The notes under the pieces: generated by a model
Seen by the model: only the letters and a program-made list of their open reading frames with translations
Told to the model about the DNA's origin: nothing
Database searches by the model: none
NCBI GenBank assembly: GCA_038087875.1
Contig: JAXLNO010000235.1
Span: 62,001-126,000 of the forward strand
DNA length: 64,000 nt
Reading direction: 5' to 3'
From: Malacoraja senta
Taxonomy: Eukaryota
Shown here: positions 10,863-23,699 of the stretch, in pieces
How positions within the stretch are numbered: the stretch's first letter is position 1
Layout of the letters: every line of letters begins with the position of its first letter
Translations under genes and position numbers: made by a program

Positions 10863-13800
10863 GTTTCTCAACTTGAATGTCTACCATAAAACAACAAACC
10901 ATAATAGCTGGTCATGTTTCATCAATTAACTTATTTCCAATTATTTCAATCCATATTCGCCATTATTTTAAATGTCCAATTCCTAGCACCAGTAACAATT
11001 CTCCAAATTAACTTTACTGATAAGAAATCTAAAAGAACATCAAGAAACCATTAAAAGAAAATCAAAATCTGATTTTTACAACTTCCCTTTTTCAGGTTAC
11101 GAGGATACAAAGAGTTCAGTTTAGAGCTTGTTCGTAATCTCCGATGGTTTGCAGTATTTTTAACTACAGTGGAAATTCTCGCCCCCGCCACGGGGGGGGT
11201 GTCTGTGTTCAATTTTACAACTTGCTCATTCCAACCTTTCATCTTACAACCATTCGTTCCAAACCGGTTTTTACATACAAATCACATTCGTTCCGTTCTT
11301 ACTTCAAATAGATTAATTTCTACCGATCTTCTTATCTTCCCCTTCCGACCTTTTGACTCCCCATCCTGGTGGTTGGGTGATCTTCGTCCACCCCGGCCCC
11401 TGTCTTCTCTAATCCATGGGTATTTTGGCCCCCTGCAGCTCTGCATTTGCCCCCAACGGACTATACCTTATCATTGTTGTCTACTCCAACCCCTGGGTAT
11501 TTCCTGCCCCCCAGTGGTTCAGCATTTGCCCCAAGGGACTATTGGGCAGAATGCGGGGATTTGGCCTACAAGCTTTTCCCTTCAGTTTGCCTTGCCGGTA
11601 CAGACCCTGAATCCTTCAGGGCGTTAACCACAAGGTCTTTCCAATCGCCCAGTAAGTACTTTATTAGTCATTATTCCTACCTGGGTTCTGTGCACAGAAA
11701 TTGCTCGATTGAGTTTTCGCGATCTCCAACTAATCTCCAACCACTTTCACTGCTTTGCCGAGTCTCTGTTTGGTCCGGGCATCACTCGCTCAAACCTTCT
11801 GACGATAAGCAAGGAGTCTGAGACCGCTGAACACAGCGTGGGGCACCTTCTCTTCGTCCGTGTACTCCCGTCAGCTGTCCAGAGTAATTAAATCCCGGAA
11901 CCGAGCTCCCAAATTGTGAGATTCAAAATCACAAACGTTTTAGAGACAAAGTCAGGCAAATAAGTTTTTATTAAGATAATATTCTGCAGAATAGGTGCCT
12001 CTCCTCTGCTGTCCCCTAGAGCCACAACGAAGATGGAGATGCTTTCTATCTTTATACATTTCATTTCACTATTGTCACACCCTCATCTCTCCACATTGAG
12101 CTTCTTCCAATCATAACATAAAGCCCACATTCCCACGAGAACGTCCTGGAACGTCCACCCAACGTCAAAGGCTCCTAAGGCTTTTGCTGAAGTTTCTATC
12201 TGTTTGCTACTTTTTTATCTAGAATTTCTCTCTGTTCTGTATATTGTTACTTTATTCTACCAGCAGTCTGGCTTCTGCTGACACCTTATTTATTTCTAAG
12301 TTATACTTTTCAGAGTTCTAGTATAAATCAACCATCCCTATTAACCATTTTCTCACAATTTCCACCTCTGTGCCCTAATTTCCTCTCAATTCCTCCCTCC
12401 CTCCGAACGGGGCGTTCTCCCGGGGAAGAACCCGGGGTCAGCAGGGCTCCAGGGGTGAGATTAAGGAAGGATGGAAGATTGGCCAACTATGGAGGTTGAC
12501 AACAAAATGGCCACCATCAGGTTAAGTGGCTTCTCCAGCATGTCTGCCTCCGTGCCCCTCCCTTCCTCCCTCCCTCCCTCCCAACGGGGCGCTCTCCCAG
12601 GGAAGAACCCGGGGTCAGCAGGGCTCCAGGGGTGAGATTAAGGAGGGATTGAAGATTGGCCAACTATGGAGGTTGACAACAAAATGGCCGCCGGGAAAAG
12701 AGGAGCGAGAGAGAGAGATGGAGAGAGAGGGAGATGGGGAGAGGGAGAGAGAGCGAGAGGGTGGGAAGGAACGAGGGGAGGGGAGAAGGGAGAGGGGTTG
12801 GTGAATAGGCAATCCCCAGACACGCACGCATACACACCCCTCCCTCTCTTTACCCCTTCTATCTCTCTCTTTCCCACGTTCACCATCTATTCTCCTCTCA
12901 TTTCCCCAAAGAGTCATGTCCCCCCCATCCCCCTCTCTCTCTTCCCCCTCCCCCCACCCTTCACCACCGCCATTTTAGCTACTGGCAGCCAGAAGTCAAT
13001 GAGTGTGAAGCCGGGGTCGGCCATTTTGGATGCTGGCATTTCCCTGTGGTGCTGCAGGTGGCCATCTTCTCTACAGGCAGTCTGCCATTGCAGTCCATTG
13101 GGAGTGAAGCCCTGGGCGTCCATGTTAGCTACTGGCAGTCTTCCATTGAAGTTCTGGGCGGCCATCGTGTGTGTGTGAGAGAGGAAGCGACTGTGTGTAA
13201 GACACACTCGGCCTGGATCGATCGCCTCAGCGCAGAGGGAGAACAAAGAGGGAAGAGACGGAGACTAAGACTTTGCCTCCATCACAGTGAGGGTGTGCTT
13301 GGTGAACTCATTGTGGTGGATGTTTAATTTGTGTTTATTGTATGTTTTGTTATTATTGGTTCTGTGTATGACTGCAGGCATCACAATTTCGTTCAGACCG
13401 AAAGGTCTGAATGACAATAAAGGAAACTTGATTCTTGATTCTTGATTCTTAAAAGAGAAAGAGAGTGTGTGTGTGCGAGAGAGTGTGTGTGTGTGAGGGA
13501 GAGGGAGCGTGTGTGTGTGAGAAAGAGAGTGTGTGTATGAGAGAGAGAGGGAGCGTGTGTGTGAGCAGGGCTCTCGCTTAACTTTTTTTCCCTGTTGCCA
13601 GCCGGGCAGCCTTGGCAGCTTTTTAGGTTGCCAAATGACAGTTTAGGTGGTCATTTAAGATGGCTTGCATGACGCGTGCGATAAGATGGCTTGCATGACG
13701 CGTGGTCAGGTTCGAACACGGGTCTCTGGCGCTGTAAGGCAGCAACTCTACCACTGCGCCACAAAGTGCTGGAATAAGTCAGCTCACTCCATAGATCTCA

Positions 13801-14512
13801 GCTTCACTTTATCCTTCCACATTGTCCACACGCTCAATCAAAGCTCCTCCACTTACCTGACCTCCACACAGGATCACAAACCTGCCTTTCTCCAGACCAG
13901 GCCCCCCGGCGACTGCGGAGTTACTCCAGCACTTTGCCTTTTTATGTTAACGAGCATCTGCAGTTCCGTGCGTCCACCCCTCATTAGAACGCGTTAGACC
14001 GATCGTGCGCAGCACAAAACGTTCCATGAGGAAAACGTTCTAACTTTTTACGCCAGGCTGGAAATGTCCAAGACTAGTTGGTATCGCTGTAAGGAGAGAG
14101 GGGGGAAGTTTAATGGGGATGCGCGGGACAGTGGTGGGGGCCTCATGTGCCTGACCTGGGGAGATGGTGGAGGCAGATATGACAGGGGTGATTAAGAAGC
14201 TTTTAGGTGGGCATGTGGAAGTGGAGTGGAGAGAGGGATATGGATCATGTACAGGCAGATGAGAGTTTAACCTGGCGTCATGTTTGGCACAAACATTGTG
14301 GGCCGAAGGGCCCGTTCCTGTGCTGTACTGCCCTACGTTCTAACCATCCAATCACCAACTAGAGAGCAGACCCCACCTACCATCTACTGCATTAGCAGAT
14401 GTTTTCTGCCGCTCACCTCCGGCGACAAACTCTTTCAATCACTTCTTTCTGGGAGGCGACTCCGGACTATCAAAGCTGCTACAGTCAGACATAAAACAGC
14501 TTTTTCCCACGA
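10846..14512. repeat. Right arm of inverted segmental duplication
   Basis: Reverse complement of 5203-8897. It has a private ~250-bp insertion at 13205-13450 ending in (ttgattc)n and lacks the ~100-bp block 5654-5750. Confidence 0.92.
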
Positions 14513-14715
14513 GCAGTAACTCTATTCAACAGCCAAAAGACCGTACCCTCTTTTTACTCCGGTACTTTATTTTCACATGTTTGAATTATAATATTTTATT
14601 TTTTTATTGTCTACAGAATATCTTGTTGTTACCTGCGAGCAAAGCACCAATGTAAATGCCTTGGATGTGGACCTACTTGGCTAATAACATTTTTATTCAT
14701 TCATTATTATTCATT
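14385..14715 (+). mobile_element. Rex1/Babar (L2-related) LINE 3' end
   Basis: Encodes LFQSLLSGRRLRTIKAATVRHKTAF and ends in an (attc)n tail. The mirror copy 5203-5330 is cut by the ERV-A LTR. Confidence 0.75.
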
Positions 14716-14718
14716 GAA

Positions 14719-15150
14719 GACAATAGACAATAGGTGCAGGAGTAGGCCATTCTGCCCCTCGAGCCAGCACCGCTATTCACCGTGATCATGCCAATCATCC
14801 ACAATTAATACCCTGTTCCTGCCTTCTCCCTATATCCCTTGACGCCGCTATCTTTAAGAGCTCTGTCCAGCTCTCTCTTGAAAGCATTCAGAGAATCGGC
14901 TTCCACCACCATCTGCGGAGAATTTTACAGAGTCTCAACACTCTGTGTGAAAAAGTTTTTCCTCATCTCCGTTCTAAATAAATTACCCCTTATTCTTAAA
15001 CTATCCCTCAGACTATCTTTAATCAGACTTTACCTTGCACTAATCGATATTCCCTTAATCCTATATCTGTACACTGTGGATGGGTTGATTGTAATCCTGT
15101 ATTGTCCTTCCACTAACTGGTTAGCACACAACAAAAAAAGCTTTACACTG
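14719..15150. mobile_element. Two CR1 LINE 3'-end fragments (minus, then plus)
   Basis: Carries the gacaatagacaataggtgcaggagtaggccatt tail. Homologous to CR1 ends at 28138, 29085 and 21300-21407. Confidence 0.75.
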
Positions 15151-17369
15151 TACCTCTCCCTGTAGCTGAAGCCCTCTAATCCAGGCAGTATTCTGGGAGA
15201 ACATTTTGTTTTCATAAAGTTAGAACAGTGTCGTCGTAAAACATTTTGTGGTTGAAACGTCAGGCTGGGACACTTGCACCCCGCTGAGTTACTCCAGCAC
15301 TTTGCATCTTTTTTTAAAAGTACGCAGGCATCTACAGTTCCTCATGGCTATGTTTTCATTTTTTTAAGTACGCTCCGACCAGCGATACCTGTTCACTAGG
15401 TCTACCCTACTCACTGGGGGCAATTTTCAGAATTATCTACACACCTGCACATCTTTGGAATGTGGGAGGAAATCGGAGCACCCGGAGAAAACACACACAG
15501 TCACAGAGAGAACGTACAAACTCTAGTCCCACCTGCCTGAATTTGGCCCATGTCCCTCTCAACCTTTCCAGACCTGTCAAAATGTATTTTAAATCAAAGA
15601 TAAGAAAAAAAATGCTGGAGTAACTCAGCGAGACGGGCAGCATCTCTGGCGAGAAGGAATGGGTGACGTTTCATGTTGAGACCCTTCTTCAGAGTGATGA
15701 CGAGAGTGGCCACAGAGATTTTACTTCGGAGTCACGTGAGTGACTACGTGAAGAAGCCCCGTCCAGCCGCACACGCGTCATTATCGATCAGACGCATAGC
15801 GTTCATGACCGTGTGTGGAGGAGCAGGATCTCCTCCAGCCGGTGAGTAAAACAAAAGTAAAACAAAAGTCGGAAGGTAAGTGGGTTACTTTTCACTTACA
15901 GGAGCGTTTCCTTCCCGTTTAGACTTGTTGGTGGAGCTCCACACAAGTTTATTATGGAGAAATGGGAAGGAGAGGCGGCCAGGGATGCACCGTAGTAATA
16001 CCCCAGATCCTAAGGGTAGCGGGCGTCAGTCAGGGGAGTCAGTGGCAGCGAAGCCATTAATTCCCGTTGTGGTCGAATGTGCGTTAAACCGCCGGCGGCG
16101 GGCCGCAAGGCTGAGAAAAGAAGAAAAAAAATCGGCCCGACCTGTAGACTCGGATGAGTCAGACCCGGAGGTATGCCCTCCTCAGGCAGGAAAGAGTATT
16201 ACACTGTAAGGCTCAAAAACGTTATAACTCCTTATGGGGCAGATGATTTGTAAAGAACCCCCACAGGAGGATTTAAGTCGGTGTTGGCCAATGAAGTATA
16301 GCACAGGAGGTACCTTGGAACAGGCACAAGGGTGGCCTACAGGAGAGCCATCAGTGCCTGTGCAGAAACATTAAAGAGGTTGGCCTACAGGAGAGCCAGT
16401 GCCCACAAATGCCAGAAAAAAGGCAAGTTATGTGTTGGCCTATTGGAGAGCCAGTACTAGAAATGCCTGAACAAAAGGCATCACAAACGTGCAATGATAA
16501 ATGTGCCAGCACCGACAAATATAAAGAGTAAAAATAATGAAGCGTTGGCCTAGAATTGAGCCAGCGCCAGCAGCACCTGAAGCAGGCTGCCTGTCCGTGG
16601 GTCTACAAGAGAGCCCGCGCAGGAGGAATCTGGCAGAGACTTACCTGAAACAGGGGAGCCAGAAATTACCCAACATAAAAATGAATATCTAGATTTAGAT
16701 GATGATTTAAATGAGGACCAGAGCCCATTATCAGAGCAAAAAATGTTCCAAGGCTGGCACAAACTTTGCTGTTCCCAGAGTAACAGGGAACCTTTGAGAG
16801 AGGAAATAGCTATGACTATAAATTATCTACTCTCCCATCAGCCCAGGAATTAACCATGGATGAGACTATCAAAAAATATGAGACCAGGGAATTTGTAGCA
16901 GTTACAGCAGCGAATAACTTGATATGGGTAATTTGAGCAGTGGTTTACGCTCACAAGAATTGAAATTACACAAGTGCTGAAATTTCTGGGGTCATTGGTT
17001 TGGATGAAGGTTATATATCATATTCACAACAAAATGCCTTAGCACACATGTGTAGTGCGCACTTTGAAACAAATTGTATTCATAAAAATGCAATAAGACC
17101 AAATATTCATCCTAAGTATGCAGGCTCTGCAAACCATCCAAACTAAAGGATCACCTATGCTGAGGAGAGCGGTGAGAAGGCAGTATCCCTACAGGCGAAA
17201 TGTGGTGCTGGAGAAGGAACAATCCTATCATTCTCGTATACACGTTGACGTGCTGCACCGAGGATACGTGGAGGTTACAATGTGCCTACTGGAAGGGGAC
17301 AACAACTGCCGGTGGCAAACCCCGAGGTTAGGGGGCTTGGTCTGGTAAGAAACACAACAAATATTTCAC

Positions 17370-19265
17370 ACTCACAAATAGGGGGAAGGTTACGAATCTT
17401 CCTAAAAGATGGCAATCAATAACAAATGATTCATTTATTGTATGTAGCATTGTAGGATTCAAAATTGAGTTCTCTCCACGTTTGGATCCTCCAATTCAGC
17501 ATAATTCAAACTGGTCACGGATTTTTCTCAAAGGAAGAGAATGGGTTGATCAAAGGAGAATTGAAAAATTTTATGCAGAAAAGGATGATAGAAATGTCAG
17601 TAGAACAACACCATCAGGTTGTGTCAAATATTCTCCTAGGAATATTCTCCTAGAAAAGGGATGGTGGACATAGAATCATTTCCGATCTGACAAATCTTAA
17701 CCTTTATGTACAATAGAAACATTTCAAAATGGAAACATTTACTAATGCCATTTAGCTAGTCACAAAGAATTGCTACAAGGCAAGCATAGATCTGCAAAAT
17801 GCATATTATTCTGTGGCAATGCATGGTAATGATCAAAGATATTTGAAATTTAGATGGATGAGTCAGTTATGGCAATTTAAAGCATTGCCCAATGGTCTGA
17901 TTTCAGCACCAAGATTATTCACTAAATTGCTCAAACCAATTTTAGCTCAGTTAAGAGCTGAGGGCCATGTATTAATGGCTTATTTAGATGATATCCTCAT
18001 TGTAGGGGACACTTTGGCTGCTGCAAAATTGTCAGTATCCAGAGTCAAATACATTTTGAGAAATTAGGTTTCATTATTCACCTACAAAAATCTAAATTGT
18101 TACCAAGCAAAAAGATTGATTAACTAGGGTTCACAATTAACTCCGAACACATGGTAATCACTTTGCCAAAAGATAAAAAGCTGCAGTTAATTGAAGGTTG
18201 CATAAAACTCATTAACGAGGACACACCTTCAATTAGAGAAGTGGCAAGCTTGCCAGGCAAATTAATTGCAGGGTTTCCAGCGGTCACGTTTGGACCATTG
18301 CATTATCAATGTTTACAGAGAGCTAAGGTACAAGCGTTAAAATGAATAGAGGGCATTTTGATAGGCCCATGAAATTAACAATTTAATCCATTACAGAAAT
18401 AGAATGGTGGATTAACAATGTTTCTAATGCTTCCAGAAAACTTCTGGTAGAAACACCTTCCGTCACTCTACAGACTGATGTAAGTGCGATGAGTTGGGGC
18501 GCTACTAACATGATTTCCAGCTGTGAAAGTAGGTGGAATGTGAATGAAGTACCTTTGCTGAAAAATCTGGGAATCAATTACCTAGAGCTATTAGGCGCAT
18601 TTTTCGGCCTTAGAGCTTATTGCACTGATATGGGAAATGTGCATGTTCAGGTACAGGTTGACAATACTACAGCTGTAGCATACATAAATCACATGTGTGG
18701 TATAAAATCAGAATCATGTGATAAATTAGCAAAATAAATTTGGACCTGGGGTATTGCCAGAAAAATTTGGCTGTCAGCAATATATTTACCAGGAAAAAAT
18801 TAATACAATTGCAGACAAAAGATCACGTAAATTTAATGATAATACAGAATGGATGTTAAATCGGAAAATATTCACACAAATTATCACACAATTTGGAATG
18901 CCAGAAATTGATCTGTTTGCATCAAGATTGAACCACCAGTTGCCTAAGTATGTGCCATGGGAACCTGATCCTGGAGCAGTAGTGGTGGATGCTTTCTCGC
19001 TACATTGGGGTGGTATGTTTCTGTATGCTTTTCCACCATTTTGTTTAATCCACAAATGCATACAGAAAATTAAACAAAATTCAGCCTCAGGGATTTTGGT
19101 AGTACCAGATTGGCCTACACAGGTATGGTACCCAATGGTGTTAATAATGTAGGGGGGGGGAACCCTTATGGTTATTCCAAAGCAGATTAAACTGCTTGTA
19201 CAACCTGTGACTAATGAATCACATCCTTTACATAATCGTATTGGTTTGTTGATTTGCAGATTCTA
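17370..19265 (+). pseudogene. DIRS RT-RNaseH-Dam-like methyltransferase ORF (frameshifted)
   Basis: RT: FKALPNGLISAPRLFTK..MAYLDDILIVG (17813-18067). RNaseH: LQTDVS..WGA..INYLELLG..VDNTTAVAYINH (18470-18737). Methyltransferase-like: IDLFASRLNHQLPKY..DAFSLHW..YAFPPF (18754-19152). Confidence 0.9.
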
Positions 19266-19303
19266 AGAAGGCCATATCTTGAAAAGGATTATCAGACAGT
19301 ACG

Positions 19304-20246
19304 GTGGATGTTATGACAGCAGCCTGGAGGAATAGTACCCAGAAGCAGTACATTTCCTATATAAAGAAATGGGAGGTGTTTTGTTCAGGAAAGAATATTG
19401 CATATAACACAGCAGAAATTTCAGATGTAATAGAGTTTCTTTCAACTCTACACTATGAATTGAAATTAAGTTATAGTGCAATTAATACTGCACGAAGTGC
19501 ACTCTCTGCATATTTAAGCAGTGAATCAGAACAAACTCCAATTGGAGCACATCCTTGGGTCTGTAGGTTTATGAAAGGAATTTTCAACTCTAATCCTCCC
19601 AGACCCAGGTATACAGAAATTTGGAATGCAAAATATGCACTGATGTTCCTAAGGAATTGGAATCCAGTTGAAACTCTGTCATTATCCAAAATTACCATGA
19701 AATTGGTTATGCTCATGGCATTAGTTTCAGCACAGAGAGTTCAAACATTACAGAAACTCAGAATTGATAGAATGAAAGGAGGGCAAAATGTCGTGACATT
19801 CTATGTCTATGATTTACTGAAGCAAAGTAGACCTGGGTTCACAGATGCAAGTTGGAATTTTAGCATATCCTACAGATTCACGACTGTGTGTAGTAACATA
19901 TGTGAAATGTTACATAGAAACAACAAACGTTTTAAGAGGCGCCGAATTCGCATTTTTTATTAGTCATCAAAAGCCTCATAAGAAAGTGTCAACACAAACA
20001 ATTTCACGATGGTTGAAACAGGTCTTGAGATATTCAGGTATTGATACTGATAAATTTAAATCTCATTCCCCCAGGGCCGCATCAACATCAGCGGCCAGGG
20101 ATTCAAACGTGCTAATAGACCTTATTCTCGCGGCCGCAGGATGGGCAAGTGAACAGATGTTTCACAAGTATTACCACAAGGAGATTAAAGATCTCAGAGT
20201 CTTTGGTGAAGCCGTGCTGGATACAGTATTAAATCCCCCATTATAA
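19304..20246 (+). pseudogene. DIRS tyrosine recombinase (one frameshift near 19845)
   Basis: Motifs LSYSAINTARSALS, LMALVSAQRVQTL and HSPRAASTS..AAGWASEQMFHKYY, which supply the catalytic R, HxxR, W and Y residues. Confidence 0.9.
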
Positions 20247-20767
20247 TAAATGGGCCTAATTTTTTTACTTTTTATTCAAATAAATAAAACCATTAACTGA
20301 TTACATTCAAATGTTGTGGTTATGCATTGTTGATTGTGCTTACTCAAATAGAGTCAATCGATGCAGTGAACACCTGGATTTGAATCCACGGTGTGAAATC
20401 ACAGAGCTTTGAAATCTTCACGTAGTCACTCACGTGACTCCGAAGTAAAATAGTAAGATTAAACAAGAACTTACCAAGTTTGAAGTTTGATCTTTATTTT
20501 ATGAGGAGTAACGTTGAGGGATTACGTGCCCTCCGCTCCCACCCTCATAAAAAGATCAAGCTGGTAGTTCAAAGTCTTTATGCATTTTACTATCATACTT
20601 CAGTAATTATCGTCTGTGATTGTCACTCCGCTGCTTTGAAGGATTGACGCGTATGCGGCTGGACGGGGTCTCCTTCACGTAATCCCTCAACGTTACTCCT
20701 CATAAAATAAAGATCAAACTTCAAACTTGGTAAGTTCTCGTTTAATTTTACTAATAAAATTAAATTA

Positions 20768-21407
20768 TATGGCCTTTATAACAAGAGGAGTTGAGTCTAG
20801 GAGAAAAGAGGTCCTTCTGCAGTTGTACAGGGCCCTGGTGAGACCACGCCTGGAGTATTGTGGGCAGTTTTGGTCCCCTAATTTGAGGAAGGACATTCTT
20901 GCTATTGAGGGAGACCAGCGTAGGGTCACCAGGTTAATTCCCGGGATGGCGGGACTGTCATATGCTGAGAGAATGGAGCGGCTGGGCTTGTACACTCTGG
21001 AGTTTAGAAGGATGAGAGGGCATCTCATTGAAACATATAAGATTGTTAAGGGTATGTACACGCTAGAGGCAGGAAATATGTTGCCGATGTTGGGGAAGTC
21101 CAGAACCAGGGGCCACAATTTAAGAATAAGGAGTAAGCCATTTAGAACAGAGACCAGGAAACACTTTTTCTCACAGAGAGTTGTGAGTCTGTGGAATTCT
21201 CTGCCTCAGAGGGCGGTGGAGGCAGGTTCTCTAGATGCTTTCAAGAGAGAGCTGGATAGGCTCTTAAAGATAGCAGAGTCAGGGGATATGGGGAGAAGGC
21301 AGGAACGGGGTACTGATTGGGGATGATCAGCTATGATCACATTGAATGGCGGTGCTGGCTGGAAGGGCCGAATGGCCTCTACTCTTGCACCTATTGTCTA
21401 TTGTCTA
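20768..21407 (+). mobile_element. CR1 LINE 3' fragment
   Basis: ORF 20727-21326 (LYRALVRPRLEY..TRGHNL..FSQRVVSLWNSLP) and a ctattgt tail. Confidence 0.92.
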
Positions 21408-21869
21408 AAGGTTATTGGAGGATAACAAATGTCAAGGGCATTGGGGAATGAGAGTATCTATTGTTGTGTAATGATGAGTATGTGTTAATCTTCTTGCATC
21501 TGTAGTGATGTTCTGATTGAGTTTAGTTTTGAGACACAGCATGGAAACTTGCCGTTCAGCCCTCTGTCCGTGCCGACCTCTGATCACCCGTTCACACTCG
21601 TTCTGTTCTCTCACTTTCCCATCCGCTCCCTACACACTACAAGCAATTTATGGATGTCCAGTAACCTACATCCCCACTCATTCGTGGCCACAGGGAGCGT
21701 GATATCTCCACCCAGAGAGCACCCGAGGTCAGGATTGAACCCTGGTCTCCGGCACTGTGAGGCAATTATCTCCTGAGCCACTGTGATTTGGGAGGTTTGG
21801 CTGTTTAAAACGATGTGAGTTTTGGGTTGAGGAGAACACAAACCAGTAGATGTGAAAAAAAATGCTGAA

Positions 21870-22500
21870 TTTACTCAGTTATTCCAATATTGAGTGCAAT
21901 TATCTCCTGAGTTTCACACAAGGTAAACCCACCAGTCACCAGCCTCATTATCATCCAATTACTTCTGCAACTTTCAGTTTTCTCCAAATCATACCGCACA
22001 GTTTGCACCAAGACCTTCACAACCTCTGGGAATAAATCACGTCCCTTCCAGTTCAATTCAGTTTAGTTCAGTGTCACGTGCGTGAGGTAAAGAGAAAACC
22101 TTTTGCAGAATGCTAACCAGCCTGGAGAAAGACAAGTATAATTAATGCTATTCACAACTGAAGTTAGAATAGTTTCCAGTAACACATATTCAAGCAGATG
22201 ACTGTGTGATGTTTGAAAGGTCTATGATAATGGCAAATGACAGAATCTGTTGTTTTGTAATAAATGGAACGGTCAATATTCTTGCCTGTTCATGCTGTAG
22301 TTGGTCCGATAGATCAAACTAATATTCATTGCATCAGATCATGGCGGTTGATGAGTTTCTCCTCAGTTCTGAATTTCACTCTAGGTAGAACCTCCAGCAA
22401 ACATTTTCACAATCACTAGTTTTTCCCTGTCATTTGGTGTTCTCCAAGCACAACCTCACAGAGTTGCACCAAGATCTTCACAGCCTAGAGATATAGACAC
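21870..22500 (-). pseudogene. Possible degraded NLR/RI-type leucine-rich-repeat exon remnants
   Basis: Two mutually homologous blocks (~22000-22040 and ~22460-22500) translate as RGCEGLGA and LGCEDLGATL. The first is followed by KLQK*LDDNEAGD. Many stops. Confidence 0.25.
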
Positions 22501-23119
22501 GAGAGATACATTGTGTTCCAGGTGTACACTGGCCCTATCCCCGAACTCTATCCCCATTACATTGATGACTGCATCGATGCTAGAAAATATATCCACAATA
22601 TGCAAACACAATCCATACCCAGAATTGTTTGTTCATGCTAGTGGGGTGGCACAAATTGACCCAGTTAGTCACCATCATAACTTGGAAATACATTGCTGGT
22701 CCTTCGTTATTTGTGGGGCCTACTCCTATCATTTACATCATTTACTAAACACATCCATCAGTGGTGGAATAAGGATGGTCACATCCTCATGGGTTAAAAC
22801 TGGAAGCCTAAACACTGAGGCCCACATCCAAAAACATAGATTTATCAGCAAAACATCTGGAGGGAATCACAACTTGCAGCTCATCATCAGCTCAGGAGTT
22901 AATGTCGTCCTCATTGTGACAAGAAATCTAATCAGGCTCCTTCCTTAATCCGGGTTAACAACTCATTTCCCCATATTGTGTGAATTCTGCAGAGAAATAC
23001 AATTCATTTTTATTGCTGCTCAGCCTCTGTTTTAGATATTTTTCCCCAGTTCCTGAATCTTCGTAATTCATCTCATCTCCCCGTCCACTCCACACTGTCC
23101 ATCACTCTCACATTCTAAA

Positions 23120-23343
23120 CATAGAAACATAGACAATAGGTGCAGGAGTAGAGGCCATTCGGCCCTTCGAGCCTGCACAAATCGCCATTGATTATGATCA
23201 TGGCTGATCATCCAACTCAGTATCCTGTACCTGCCTTCTCTCCATACCCCCTGATCCCTTTAGCCGCAAGGGCCACATCTAACTCCCTCTTAAATATAGC
23301 CAATGAACTGTGACCTCAACTACCATCTGTGGCAGAGAGTTCC
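23120..23343 (-). mobile_element. CR1 LINE 3' end
   Basis: Has an (aaacatag)n tail and near identity to 29085-29300. Confidence 0.85.
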
Positions 23344-23346
23344 ATC

Positions 23347-23605
23347 GGCCATCTTTATGAGGGGTTGATGGCGGCCATCTTGGTGAGGGCAGGTGAGGTC
23401 GGCGCCGCTGATTGGTCGGATGTCGGTGGCCATCTTGGTGAGGGCAGGTGAGATCGGCGCCGCTGATTGGTCGGATGCCGGCGGCCATCTTTGTGAGGCG
23501 TTGATGGCGGCCATCTTGGTGAGGGCATGTCAGGTCGGCGCCGTTGATTGGTCGGATGCTGGCGGCCATCTTGTTAAGGTCCCGCCGTTCAAGACGCCAT
23601 CTTGA
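23347..23605. repeat. CpG-rich 55/26-bp composite tandem repeat
   Basis: Unit ggccatcttggtgagggcaggtgaggtcggcgccgctgattggtcggatg at ~23373, 23428 and 23509, with 26-bp units in between. Confidence 0.9.
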
Positions 23606-23699
23606 GAAGGTACCAAAAGCCCACACACTTGTGTCCATTGTCCCCTCTAAACCTGTCTTGTCCACTCACCTGTCCAAGGGTCTTAGTTTACAACTCTTC

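Larger units (their letters stand above)
9329..12357 (-). mobile_element. ERV-B second copy (LTR 11915-12357, PBS-Pro, leader, gag remnant interrupted by microsatellites, a Penelope element and a 50-bp repeat)
   Basis: The 443-bp LTR mirrors 7244-7686. Segments 10416-10660 and 9340-9375 are homologous to ERV-A gag 3300-3620. Confidence 0.8.
15719..20753 (+). mobile_element. DIRS1-like tyrosine-recombinase retrotransposon, full length, coding regions decayed
   Basis: Starts TTTTACTT. Left ITR 15745-15780 is inverted at 20645-20681. The internal complementary region (ICR) 20416-20450 is the reverse complement of 15719-15753, and 20451-20528 is the reverse complement of ~20676-20753. Domain order is RT, RNaseH, MT, YR. 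Confidence 0.95.

Noticed and set aside
10627..10929. SLSL/ERER ORFs (also 6124-6986, 12526-12917 and the YIYI ORFs at 25132-25579)
   Set aside because: They are translations of microsatellites.
18754..20246. Bacterial or phage methyltransferase plus integrase (contamination or prophage)
   Set aside because: Both are standard DIRS domains, lying inside ITR/ICR termini and next to a YLDD RT.
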